A DNA stretch of 64,000 nt, taken from assembly GCA_046563655.1 (NCBI GenBank), contig CM102290.1:2914001-2978000 (forward strand). The letters are read 5' to 3'. The notes beneath the pieces are model-generated. The model worked only from the letters and a program-made list of their open reading frames with translations, was not told the origin of the DNA and searched no databases. Below, piece after piece: positions 22,235 to 34,200 of the stretch (position 1 is its first letter; each line of letters opens with the position of its first letter). The stretch comes from Yuukianura sp. NJ FZ-2021. Its lineage: Eukaryota. A program made the position numbers and the translations under genes.

Positions 22235-25200
22235 TTAGGACATGTAGCCAAAGGAAATCATAGGCGGCGGCTGATAGACGGGCTGCAGTGCCTGCATTCC
22301 ATCTGATTTTGGAACCAGCCGCGTCCTGCCATCCGCCGTCTTCATGACGATGTAGTTTCTTCCGTTGATATTCTTGAGGAACTTTTCTGTATCGAAGTAC
22401 GTCGGAGCACCGGGGGGAACAGTCAGATTCCCCTTGTAGAAACTCATATTGGACTTGTCCACTGGGGCCAATTGAGCTTTGACTAAAATTGGAAACACAA
22501 AATTTGGAAACTAGATGAATTAAGAACTGAAAAATTGAATTTAAACGTTGAAATATATAAACGTACTCTTGCGATTTGAAATCCACTTGTGAACAATTTC
22601 GACCAGGAACGAGATAAAGGCAAGGGTGTATCCACTACCACACAGCATATATGTCGTCTTGAGGTCACCATTTCGAAGTTGTCGTTCTCGAAAGTCAGAG
22701 TCGGCTGAGCATGGATCTTTGACTGGCAAATCTTCACGTCTCCAGTAGTTGAACAGTCCGCCAATAGCCAAATTGTCAATTCTAAAATGCAAGAAAAAGA
22801 AAAAAAAATATGACGAAATTGCTTTTTTTTTTTGGCTTTTTTTTGAACAATTTCCGTACGTGGGAGCAAAAATGTCACGTAGCGTTTCATTTTTGAATGC
22901 GATTCCATATGGGACTCTAAGAATCGGATGTCTGGACATGATGAAGGTACAGCGGTAAGCAAGTTTGGCCAACTTCGCCGACATTCTTCGAAAGTCTCTG
23001 TAGATGATCCGTTCTACTCGACTTTGTTCTTCCAGCAAAAGTCGCTCTAAAATATAAACAGCCTGATAAGCAAACCTGCCAAAAATATTTACTAAAAGCC
23101 AGCGAAATATATAAAATTTACTAAAAAAAAGCTCGTAATATTTACGAACTGAACATTAAGGGCATGGGTTAATAAATAAATTAAATAAAACAATACCCTA
23201 CATATTGATTTTGTTAACATTATAGGCATGAGAACTAAATATTATTGGCAGGTCTGCTGATATGAAAAAAACCAGGTGCCAAACGTTTATATAAAATGAC
23301 TTACTGTGTTCTCTGACAATTTCAGTCATGTTGGCCAATATTTCATGGTAGATTCCGTACCGATTGCCCTTTGCGGCCCATCTAATCTTGTAAAATTCGG
23401 GATACGGTTCCTTGTCCTAGTGCAACAACAACAAAAATTCAAGCGAAATATTTAGAAACTTTTGAAAAGTCGTTTTAAAATTTTACATGCTATGAAATGT
23501 AATACCTTGTAGTAAATTTCACCAGTAAAAGTGTTATTGGGCGTAGGGCCAAGCTCTATGACCTGCTCCAGCGTATCGCCTCTCCTGGCGACCCAGGGAT
23601 CTCGATATCCAATTTTCTCCAGGTTGTCAAAGGGAATAGGAATTTTGGATAGGGTCAAATAGGCTGTCAAGTTGGCAGTGTAGAAAGCTGTCAAAATTGT
23701 CACGAAGATCCACCATGTTGCAAATAGTATTCTCGAAGAATCTGAAAACGAATTTTAAAAAATTCAATTTTGATTCATCCAGTGACCGCCAGCTAAAAAG
23801 TACACCTTATTTTGTTTCCATAAAAACGAATTAAAATTTATGTCAACATGGGGGGAAAGCTGACCCAAAATTTGAAACTTTAATTAATTCTAATGCTGGA
23901 ATTTTTGCAAATTGCGTTATTTCGCTCGTTTTCTCCCTCCACAGTTGCGAATTTCAACAAACTAATAATTTTTGGGTGTACTATTTTAGTTGGCGGTCAC
24001 TGTGTATTGGGAGTATTTTTTTTATAATTTACAAATATTGGGTTAACCTGCAATTGGTTTTAGTACTGATCCTTGTTTCATCAAAGCTCCATAGACAAAC
24101 CAAACACACCCGCCAAAGGAGTAAGGAACGTTAAGATGCGGGTGATTTCGACATGCATGACATTTGAGTCTCACCAAAATGTAGCAAAGTGGACCCATAA
24201 GCAACAGCGATATGAGAAGGTAGTACCACACCTACATTTCCAAAAAAAAGTGACTAAGACAACTGAAATCACAATTTTTTCCAAAATCATCAACTTTTTT
24301 TTCATTGTTTTTCAAAGTTAAGCTTTCGGGTGTTCCAAAAATTGGAGTTAAAAGCATTAAACATATTAAATTAGGCTGTTCATGTTTGAACAAAGGAGAA
24401 AAGTACTTCATTTTTCAAAACAAAGCATGTTTGAATAAGACGAAGAAGCCACTTTTGTCTTCGTCAAAAAATGGACACAATCCAATTTCTTGAGTAGAAA
24501 TTGGGACATGGGTCATTCATAAATTATGGATTTTGGCAGTTGAGCATAATAAGGCCCCTTAAAACCGTGGCAGAGCCTATCATGCAAAAATCCAAACATC
24601 TAACCAATCAAATTCATTATTCAACACTATTGTGATGGATGGAGACATTTCTTTCTGGAAGAAATGATGGCGTCTCTTCTTTTCTTCTGGACAACACGAA
24701 ATAGAAATAGATACATTACACCTTCGTGTCACTTTTTTTGAAACTTAAACAATTCCAACTCCCATGTCGATTCGATCAATATATGTCCCTATGTCTAAGA
24801 AAAAATTTAAGACAAGTCCAAAGGACTCGATCGCTTAAAAATTCTTATTTCTTTAAGCACCTAATGCAAATCCTTGGTTATACGACAGAAAAACAAATCC
24901 GTTTTCAAGCCAAAATTTGAAATTTTGAATTTCTGGGAACTGAAATTTGAAATTTTGAATGAAAAAGTGGAAATCTCACGTCTCTTTGAAACGGTGCTAC
25001 AAGGCCTTCACCATCAGTAGTTTCCAGTGGTCTGTTCATCATCACAACCCAACGTTCTTCTCCAACTGGAGACGAAAAATTAAAGTTATGAGTCCGAATC
25101 TGGAGCATGCTGATGAAATGAATTGAAAAGTCGGCCTCCTAAAAAAAAATAAGCAGCAAGGTTTACTTTTTAGTCTTTAAAATTCTCAAGTTTTCAAATT

Positions 25201-26006
25201 TTGAAATCTTTGAAACAGTTACGTCATTTTTCAGCATTCCCAAAATTCCGGACCAATGTCCCTTGAGACTCGTGTTGTACAGTCCAATCATGTTTTCGTC
25301 ACGGCTTTTTGGAGTCACAATGTCAAAGTGGAAACCCAGGGCCTCCTTGAGTACCAAAATAATTTTCTTGGCCTGTCCCTCCAGTGTTTTGTTGTTCAAG
25401 TGAATTTTGTCCACAAATGGCGGATCCTATACGTTTACAAAAAAACTTTAATAAATATTTGTAACTTTACATTATTAGCAGACATGAGAAAAATATTTTC
25501 TAAAACATGGAGAAATATTTAAATATTCAATATTTTCTTTCAGAAGCCTTGAAATATTTACCTATTTAGTACTAAGTGCATGGGAGGCCAAATAAATAAT
25601 TACTATCAAAAAACCCCAAAATAGTTTTTTTTCCTTAACCATGATGGTTTAAAGGGAAAATACTTTTCTCATGTCTGATTATTAGTATTTAAATTGAGTT
25701 AAGCTTACAAGAATGGCCGCAATTCTCAACGTTTTTCCACGAAGAGATTTGTAATCCGGTGTTTTATCCTTGGAGTAAGTGTAGTAGCCTCGTTTAAACT
25801 TGTCAGCCAGGTAAGGATTCGTGGGATTCCAAATATGATTCAGTTGATCTAAAATTGTAACAATAAATTATAGTTAGTTAGATTTCAGGAAAAGTGTGTT
25901 AAAAAGCAAACTCACAAGATGAAATTGGGTTTGGGCCTGGGCACTTGATCTTCGGGTAAAGTCCACTAAGGCATGCCAAGGCCATTATGAACGGGAGCGC
26001 CGCCAT
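22235..26006 (-). CDS. Ir76b: Ionotropic co-receptor Ir76b ortholog
   Basis: Short N-terminus with no ATD (MAALPFIMALACL..GKTLRIAAIL). Motifs GEERWVVMMNRP..GLVAPF..VW, CVWFVYGALMKQGSVLKPIADSSRILFATWWIFVTILTAFYTANLTAYLTLSK, RERQLRNGDL and the C-terminal INGRNYIVMKTADGRTRLVP match Ir76b hallmarks. Confidence 0.92.
23070..23262. mobile_element. Small MITE-like element, related to 25475-25683
   Basis: Arms acctgccaaaaatat / attattggcaggt. It shares the internal motif taag(g/t)gcatggg...aaataaat with the 25475 copy. Confidence 0.45.
23780..24002. mobile_element. CAGTG-terminated MITE in an Ir76b intron
   Basis: TIRs cagtgaccgccagctaaaaagtacacc / ggtgtactattttagttggcggtcactg. Confidence 0.75.
25475..25683. 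mobile_element. Small MITE-like element in an Ir76b intron
   Basis: Arms cagacatgagaaaaatatttt / aaaatacttttctcatgtctg. Confidence 0.6.
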
Positions 26007-26806
26007 GGCTAGCTCTTGTGTAGTCAGCGGACAGCTTCTGAACAAGCGTCCACCTCTGGCAACGGTTTCTCAGAAAATGAACCAGCGTATCATCGCTGGC
26101 TCAAGAAAAGCTGAACTTTAGTAATTGGCTCTAATCATTCTCTAGAATCTATGCTTCTAATACACTTCAATTCCAGGTTGTGACAGGCATACCGACACCT
26201 CCAGGAACCTCCTACTTTCTTGTTCCAGTGTTTTGGACTAACTTCCAAGTTTCAGCCACATGCTCATGCGCATGGGCTAAACTAAAGAACTAAACTATTC
26301 TATAATAAATGACAAGTTTATTAAACCGTTGCTTTACTTTCGTCTGTATAATATGTTGTATAACAATCAAATAGCGCCTCATATTTCCGAACCATTACTG
26401 TATTAAATGTACACTTCACGTTAACGTTGATAATTTAGATTAACATTACTCAGACTATTATTTTATCACAGTCCAAGATCATAAAACTTTGCAAAAAACA
26501 AAACATCGGTATTGTGCTGTGGTTAATAAGTTAAAAAAGTAGAAGGGGTATTACTAGTGTTTAACGTTAGTATTAAATGAAAGCAGTAGTTTTAGCAAAA
26601 TTACTTTTACAGCTCACAGGAGATGTCCAGAAGTGGGGTAGGCAAGTTAAGAATGAGACACTAAAAAAACAATTGCACAGCAAATCAAAAAGTTAATCCC
26701 GTTCGAGATTCATTTACAACTGGAAGGCTAATGGTTAGGTTGGTTATTATAAAAAAAGAGACGATGAAAGTGAAAGCATAAGTCGGCTACGGCTGTTACC
26801 CAACCT

Positions 26807-28136
26807 TCAGTTCGGTGGCACCACCTCAGTACGTGGAAACTCTGGATCCGGATTTTCTACTTCGGATGACGACAGCAACTTGATGACCGCTTGAATGTGA
26901 GTGAACTTAAGACCGTAATGTCCAGCCCAAAACTTGGTGTCTTTTCCGCCAAAGGAGATGACAAACTTCGGAGCTACGTAGTTCTTTCCCGCCGGGAAAT
27001 ATGCAGAAAATGAGTATGTTTCCCAAGTAGTTTCTCCTTCGCGTTTGTGGATGCTCAGTCTGTTAATAAGTTGTGGCAGGTTGGCCCTTGATCCTTTATT
27101 GTTCAGCTCTTCAACACGAAACGAGCCCATTCCGCCACAGTCAAAGCGAGCACAAGTCCTTGACAAAAACAAACTCGGTAATTAGAAACCGCTTCAAAAG
27201 GTGCAGTAGTGAATAGTAGCAATGAAGAAAAGTGTAGTACAAACTTACTCCACAGAGAACCGCACTTCGAAAGGTGTCATCAAATTGATCGCTTCGTCAG
27301 TGACTCCGAAATCAATTTCTTGAGAAATTTCCATGAACACGTAAGACGTGGCAAAGCAAGTATTTGGCGAACTTGGCAGCGGCTCACAACCTATTGGAGG
27401 ATTCTCAGTCGCGAACAATTCGTTCATTTCTTGCCTTGCTCTACGATCTCCAGTGTCACCTGATGGACGCCAATATCGCATTCCTGTTTATACAACAATA
27501 CAAACCAACACAACTTAACGTTCAATTCAATATACTAATTCTGACAAGTATTCTTCCAACATACCGTGTTCTCCGGAAGGATTCAACACAAAATTCTGTC
27601 TGAAACCGTCTTTTCTCAAGGCGATATATAGAACATCAGCGGCGCGTTCGCTCATTTTTATTTCATCTGGAACACAATTCCATGGCAGTCCGAGCTGTTC
27701 AAACAACTGTTTGAAAAAAGTCACAGTACGTGTAGCATTGTTCCACTCAGAACAAACCTGTAACGCAAATGGAGGCGGTGGTGGTTGCTTTATGGAATTT
27801 ACGATAACTAATCAAGATGCTAAAGTTAACCGTGTATGTTGAATACTTACCAATCTTATCGTGCTCAACTTCATCCCAGGGAGACTCGCAAAATGCGACA
27901 GCATAACCTCAATGATCTTGAAAACCATAAATTGACCAAAAATTAAACCCTACCTACATTAATGTTACCAACTTAAGAATGATAAGAATCATTACCTCTT
28001 GCGGTATAAACAGCCCACTGATGATAAGACCATTGTTCTCGGGAACTTCAAGGTTTCTTCTTTCCACATACTTGCTAGTTGCCATTTCTGACGATTCTAA
28101 GTTGACACCAGTCCACCGACTAATGGAGTTTCCCAT
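26807..28136 (-). CDS. F-box protein with FBA (glycan-binding) domain, FBXO2/6/44-like, 5 exons
   Basis: F-box IPQE/IIEVMLSHF..LSTIRL/VCSEWN. FBA motifs NFVLNPSGE, CFATSY..ISQEID, CARFDCG and GKDTKFWAGHYGLK. Confidence 0.88.
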
Positions 28137-28649
28137 AACTCGAACCCGACGGTAGCGAACCCAACCGACGACAATCTAAAAACGTTTTTACATATCAACG
28201 ACAAGCTTAAAATTCCAACTTATTAAAATTCTTACCTCCTCCTAAATTGAGAAATACTTAAATTATCGAATTAACGCAGCTTCCGTGATCAGTACTCGTC
28301 CCGGCCGCAGTACAGTCGTCTTTCACAACAGAGCGTTTCGTTTTACTTCCTCCCGTCCCGCTCGCCTCTCCTTCAGTGTTTTCTTCACATAAATAGAAAA
28401 ATTAAACCTCGCGCTCTCCCTCTCTTTCATCTCAAGACTACAATAATGGCAAGACCAATTGACAGCCAGTTTTAATTTTATTACGCTTTAAATTAATAAA
28501 TTGTTATTATTTCAATCATAAAAAGAAGAAACTAGTAATAAAGGGACAGATAAATATAACATATCAAGATACGTTACAAGAACGGAAAGATTGCTTCTGT
28601 ATTTGTAAACTTATAACTTAAAACAGCGGTGTCTCCTGCTTTGGGAGGC

Positions 28650-29178
28650 TTAAATTGGCTTGATCTTGAAGTGAAGTCCAATGAGTGAAAAGACGAAACA
28701 CTTGAGATCTTGTACCAAATAGTAAAAGCAACGAAGGCCATCAGGATCCTTAGAATTATTGACATCCACCAATGATCCAATCTTGGAAGTAGTAAAGGAG
28801 ATATGTTCATCTCCAATAACGATTTCTAGTTCTTGACGTCCAACACGATCAGGTGATGGCCATGAAGCATCATCTTCCTAATTTACCAACAAGTGTATTA
28901 GTATTTTTAATTCACAATCAAAATGTATTGTAAAATGATGAGTGGGGTAAGATTGAGATATGAACCTTGAAAATATCCGAATCTTCGATAATTCGGCGCA
29001 GTTCAGCAAGAACAGCAGGAGAGACTACTGCTTCTTTACGAATAATTCTGTCGTTCTTGTAATTTGAGTTGTTGGCGTAGCGTAACTTTCCATTAGGTTG
29101 AAATTCATACTCCAAGAATTCATGCCCGAACTTTCCACGATGGCCAATGTAATACCGCAAGTAGAAGTCTCCTGTCAT
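28650..29178 (-). CDS. mago: Mago nashi (exon-junction complex), 146 aa. Exons 29178-28966, 28877-28650
   Basis: [26 protein letters not shown]...[63 protein letters not shown]. Confidence 0.96.
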
Positions 29179-29571
29179 GCTGAATGTACTGAAAACAAAA
29201 AGTAAACGACAGGTTATCAACGTACCGGTACCAGGATCAAATTGACTTTAATGTGCGTATTATTAGTTCCGGACCGGATGTAACAAACGTTTCCCAACAA
29301 CTTCGTTAGTGACGACTCGCGAACCCGTTTGCTTTCTGGCGAACCGTTTGTGAGTAATGCACAGCTACGACAAACGACGACGACCGGTAGAGTTAATAGT
29401 TAATACGATAACAAATCTTAAAAAATGCCTAATTAATTTAGAAACGACCTGAAACAAGTGACACAGTGCGAATTTGAGAGAGAATTTTTCTCCGTTGCTG
29501 CCGCCGCCGTGCTGTGTAAGTAATTGCAATGGCATTAAAGAGTGAAATGCCCTACAGTTGACTAAAACGAC

Positions 29572-29887
29572 GGTCGAAGTAAACTTTGAGGCCCTCCATT
29601 GTACCCCCCAAATTGCATTGTATTGTACCCCCACATTATAATCCGTGGCGGCAAATTCAAAAAAACAACAAATCGCCCCCTCTACTGTTGATTTGTTCAG
29701 TTGCGCATAGATTTATGAACTGTACCCCCCGTCCTTAGTTAGGTTAGGTTAACCTAACCTAACCTAACCAACAATAGATGGGGCGATTTGTTGCTTTTTT
29801 GAATTTGCCGCCACGGATTATAATGTGGGGGTACAATACAATGCAATTTGGGGGGTACAATGGAGGGCCTCAAAGTTTACTTCAACC
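29572..29887. mobile_element. Young foldback MITE with long TIRs, 8-bp TSD AAAACGAC and internal TTAGG repeats
   Basis: About 110-120 bp of near-perfect inverted arms starting ggt(c/t)gaagtaaactttgaggccctccattgtacccc. AAAACGAC lies on both flanks. Confidence 0.9.
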
Positions 29888-31214
29888 AAAACGACAAATG
29901 CCGCTAAATTCTATAATAATATAAATGTTAAACCTTCACCTTTAATTTCAATCTAAATTATTGCCTACTGTTACTATTTATATTATTTTGTACTATTATC
30001 ATTATTTAATATTGCATTACACAATTAATGTCTTTATTGTAGCTTATTAAAGTTTTTAAGGTTTTTAGTTTTGTGTTTTCTTTAGTTAGTTCAGGAAATG
30101 CAATGGCATTACTAATTCCACTCCGAAACTGCGCAACTACAAATTGAACTAGAGCATTCACACATCGTCATTTCCTGATCGCTAAATTTCGTTTTCAAAA
30201 ATCAATCACTTTAAAAATTTATACTAAAGAATAACTAATCTATACGAAGTAACTATGAGTTAGTATCTCATTGTTTTATCACTCCGCAATGTTCTAGTGT
30301 ATCCAATTGTGTACCAGTTAATTTACTATAGTACGTTAGTAGTAACTTACTACTAGTAAGTTGTATGATTGGAAGCACGCCATAGGGTGTGAAATGAATT
30401 CCTTCTAAAAACTTTGTTTCTAGTGTGTTAAAGGATAGGTTTTTAGTAGTCGTTTTTAGATACTTTTCCGTTAAAACAATTTATCTGAAACAAAGGCATG
30501 CAACTGTATGATCTATTATAATACTAGTAATGAGCCACGATAATTCCGCGTCCGCATAGTTACCAATTGGTTTGTTTATCCGAGAGTTGGATTTGAAATG
30601 TCGGAAAAAGTGAAAAATTCGTGCATTTCAACTTGCAGTGCTTCTATTTTTGAATTTTACATGAACACCCCAACGAAACTCACCAAAACGTGATCCCACC
30701 ATTCGTGGCATCATTTTGGTGTAAGCCCGAGACAGCAGTAGCTTTTGGGAAAAAATTTCGAGAGTTGGATTGTGAAATGCTCGACTGAAAGCTAACTAGC
30801 GAAACGAATGCCGAACACAGAACTTCGAAATTGTAATAAGTGAAAATCACAGAAAATTAAGCGCGAAGTTTAAGTGTTTCATATTTATAAAAAATAGTAT
30901 TTTTTTTTCTGTCTGTGTGTTATTTTTATTTTTTCGCTCCAGTGACTCCAGCAGTACCACAACCAGACTGGAGTGCAGGTATGTTTGTGTTATGGGCTTT
31001 TGTGCCACTTAAGTTTGAGAGGCTGACCTTAAAGTTTTCAAGGTCATCTGGTTTAAAATATCAAATTAGTGGATAGAAACTCAAGAACGATCTATGGCGA
31101 GCTAAGTGATAAGGTAAAGAAGCGTTTTAGCTGGCTTATATTTTTTCCATGGAATTGAATTAGTTTTTATTTCGTAGCCGAGGCGTGAGTACTAACTGGA
31201 CAGTGAGAGAAACG

Positions 31215-34200
31215 ATGACTGAAAAGAAAGTGGAACTGAAAGACGGACCCCCATGGGGATTTCGGGTGTCAGGAGGGAGTGACACAAATCTACCAGTGAG
31301 AATTACACGTGTAAGTCATCAACCTTTTTTTGTGCGCCTTTTTGTTTTATTTTCATCATGAAACCGGATATTGAGATATCCCGGCGGTAGAGTAATTGGA
31401 TATGTCTTGTACGCCCACTCCCTCTTTGTGTTAATCGTCACTCTGTCGCTCTGTAACCTAAAATCACTCTACATTGTGTTTCTAAAAAGCTATTTCATGC
31501 ACTACTGCCAAGCTTTCTAATTCTACTCCTGATTTCTGTTGGAAGGTGAATCCTGGAAGTGGAGCCTGCCAAGCAGGAGTCCGTGAAGCTGACATCGTCA
31601 AGGAAATTAACTCCGAACCACTGTTGCATATGACCAACGCACAAGTCCAGCACCTCCTTTCGACCGCAACTGGACCTACCTTGACGCTTACGCTTTCCAG
31701 TCCCAGTCAACAGAGACGGAGAGGTGACTAATTGATCTCTCACACTCGCCTCTAACACATTTGCCATTTCCAATTTACATTTAATTCGTGCAGTCAGGGT
31801 GGGATTGGTTTTATTCGTTTCCACCTCGTCATTCTATCGTTGGGCGTTTCCATGCCTTGGGTTAACTGTCGAGTCGATGTCTGTAGGAAGTTAGTCCAAT
31901 TCCATCAGGCACAAGGTTGGGATCGTGTTGCAGACCGGACGAGGCTGTCATGTTCAAAGTATTCTCATCTTTGAGGAGGAAAAATCGGCGTGTCAACAAG
32001 GAAAAGACGGCCAAGAAGGATGGTCCAGAAGGTAATCGTGATTTGGATTTCTTCATTCTCCAGCACGCGATAGGTGGAAACTTTGTTTGAGCCTCTCTAG
32101 AGATTTTTTTGCTAGAAATTTTTGCCAGTTTGTTCGTGAGTCAGTTGATGTGTGAAGTTATGGTTAGTTTTTAAATTGGTTGGGGAAGGTGATTGGGAGG
32201 TAGGAACTTTCTAACTGCTAACAAATTTAGACGCCGAGGTCACATGAATCTTCTTAAGTGGGTTTCCAGAGGTGATGGAGATCAACTTCCGGTAGTAAAT
32301 TAGGATTTCATACAGAGGAGAGAGTGCTCATTTGATTAGGTTCTCCACCCCTTGAATGGACAGTTGACAATTGTAAAGCCTATTATCCATTCTAATCTCA
32401 GCCTATTTCCCGTGTCTCTTTTCAACTTTCAATCAAACCCCACCCAAAAAGCGGAAGTTGTCGGATAACATTACCATCATCCCTCTTGTTTTCTGTCGCA
32501 GATACCATCTCGCCGTCGAAGGGGAAGACATCATCCAAGACAATCACGCAATTCGCAGGTAGGTCAAATCTGCAACAATCAGGATCCGAATGTGAGTGCG
32601 TCTTTCATAGGGGAGTGGACTTTTGTCCAGAGTCCTTCCAGTTCCAAGGCGACAGTCTTTCTTCCATGGACCCCTTCGACACTTCTCATTCCTTTCTACA
32701 AGAAATCTTTGAGGAATTGGATCTCATTTTCCCCCCAGAAGGTGAACATCATGGGCCAGTTTCGCCATTCATTTCCAGCAGAAGGCTATAAATAGACTTT
32801 CGCATCTCCCAGGTCCATGGACTATGGGAGCGAGATTCTACATTCTGAGGTTCCCTGCTGTTTGGCATTGCATGATTACTGTTGATGTGCACAGAGCACA
32901 TTGCCAGAGCCAGTCGCTTCCCTGACTGAATATACTTCTCGCTCCACTGACTTCCTTTCTAACTGCCTGAAGGAACGGAAGCCTCGTCATTGTTAACGCA
33001 CTCAAACAGTATTATTGTCTTAGTCTCGTCAATTCGCAGTGTCCACGTCCATACCACTTTTGCTTGTGTACCTCTCCTCAAAACTTGGCGGGGCAAAACT
33101 CACTAGTCCTAGTTTAGCATTGTGGAACAGATTGCTGATGTCTAAACGTTTTCCAGGTCATTCGGCATCAGAGAGCTTGAATCGTGACGACCCTCCTCCC
33201 CCTGTGTGGAGTCCTCCAAGTGCCCCGAGTCCGTCTGCCAACCGGAAATTCAAGCCCATCAACTTCAATCAATCATCCCATTCGCAGTCGGTACGCTTTT
33301 TAAACCTTGTCCATTTCCATTGTTAAACAAAGAGTGCGAAACGATTCTGTTCTATTATCTGTTCATTTTATTTTGTCACGCAATTTTTTAATAGGACGGA
33401 GAGGAGAAATCAGCACAAGAATCAGCAACACTACCACGCTACCAAAGTCCGACTGTCACTTTACTTCAAAAGGCACGACGTAAGTAGCTAATATTTCAAA
33501 AGACAAAGAGATTGTTGAGATAATGTCGCATGTTGATGCGTAATTTTGGATATAGACGGAGAGTTGCCGAAAGGTGCACATTATTTGCAAACTGGTCCAG
33601 TGGTATGTGGCATTTAACAAAAATTAATCTCAAGTTTAAATATTTAAATTATTTCATTGCCGTGTAGCCAACCCTTGAAGAATCGTACGCGGCTCTTCGA
33701 GACAATGATTTCTTGAAGTACAGTTCGGAACCGGAAAGTCGAGAAAAATCGAAGAAGGTGTTCATTCCACGAAAATCGGAACCTCCTCGCGGTATCCGAT
33801 TTTCACCCGGACGAATCGAAGACTACGATCCGACTAGACCGTCATATACTCCATCCCCGGCGCCACAACAACGCCCGAATCTTAAGCTGTAATAATTTTT
33901 AACCAATATGTCCTATGGTATCCACTGAAACTAATGTTTGTGTCACTTTTGGTTCTAGTGGATCGAAAGATCTTGGATACGAGAGTGATTCCACTTTGAT
34001 TGTAAGGAGAAGGGAAAGTGGTCATGAAACTACTCCGCCACCACCGCCTCTCAGCCCGCTCCAACAGCGACAAGTTTACGTAGAAGTTCAAAAAGGCGGA
34101 GAAGTTCCACTCCAAGGACTTCGGAAGCCAGTTCCCCCAAGACATTCATCAGGTAAGTGTCTAAGATTTACCTGGCAACCTAACTTGAAAAAAAAAATTT

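Noticed and set aside
22176..22962. 136-aa and 159-aa minus-strand ORFs
   Set aside because: They are alternative frames overlapping the last Ir76b exons and introns. The INGRNY..RLVP frame is the homologous one.
29735..29769. Head-to-head TTAGG repeats as a chromosome fusion scar
   Set aside because: There are only a few units and they sit inside a TSD-bounded MITE, so they are better explained as part of the element.
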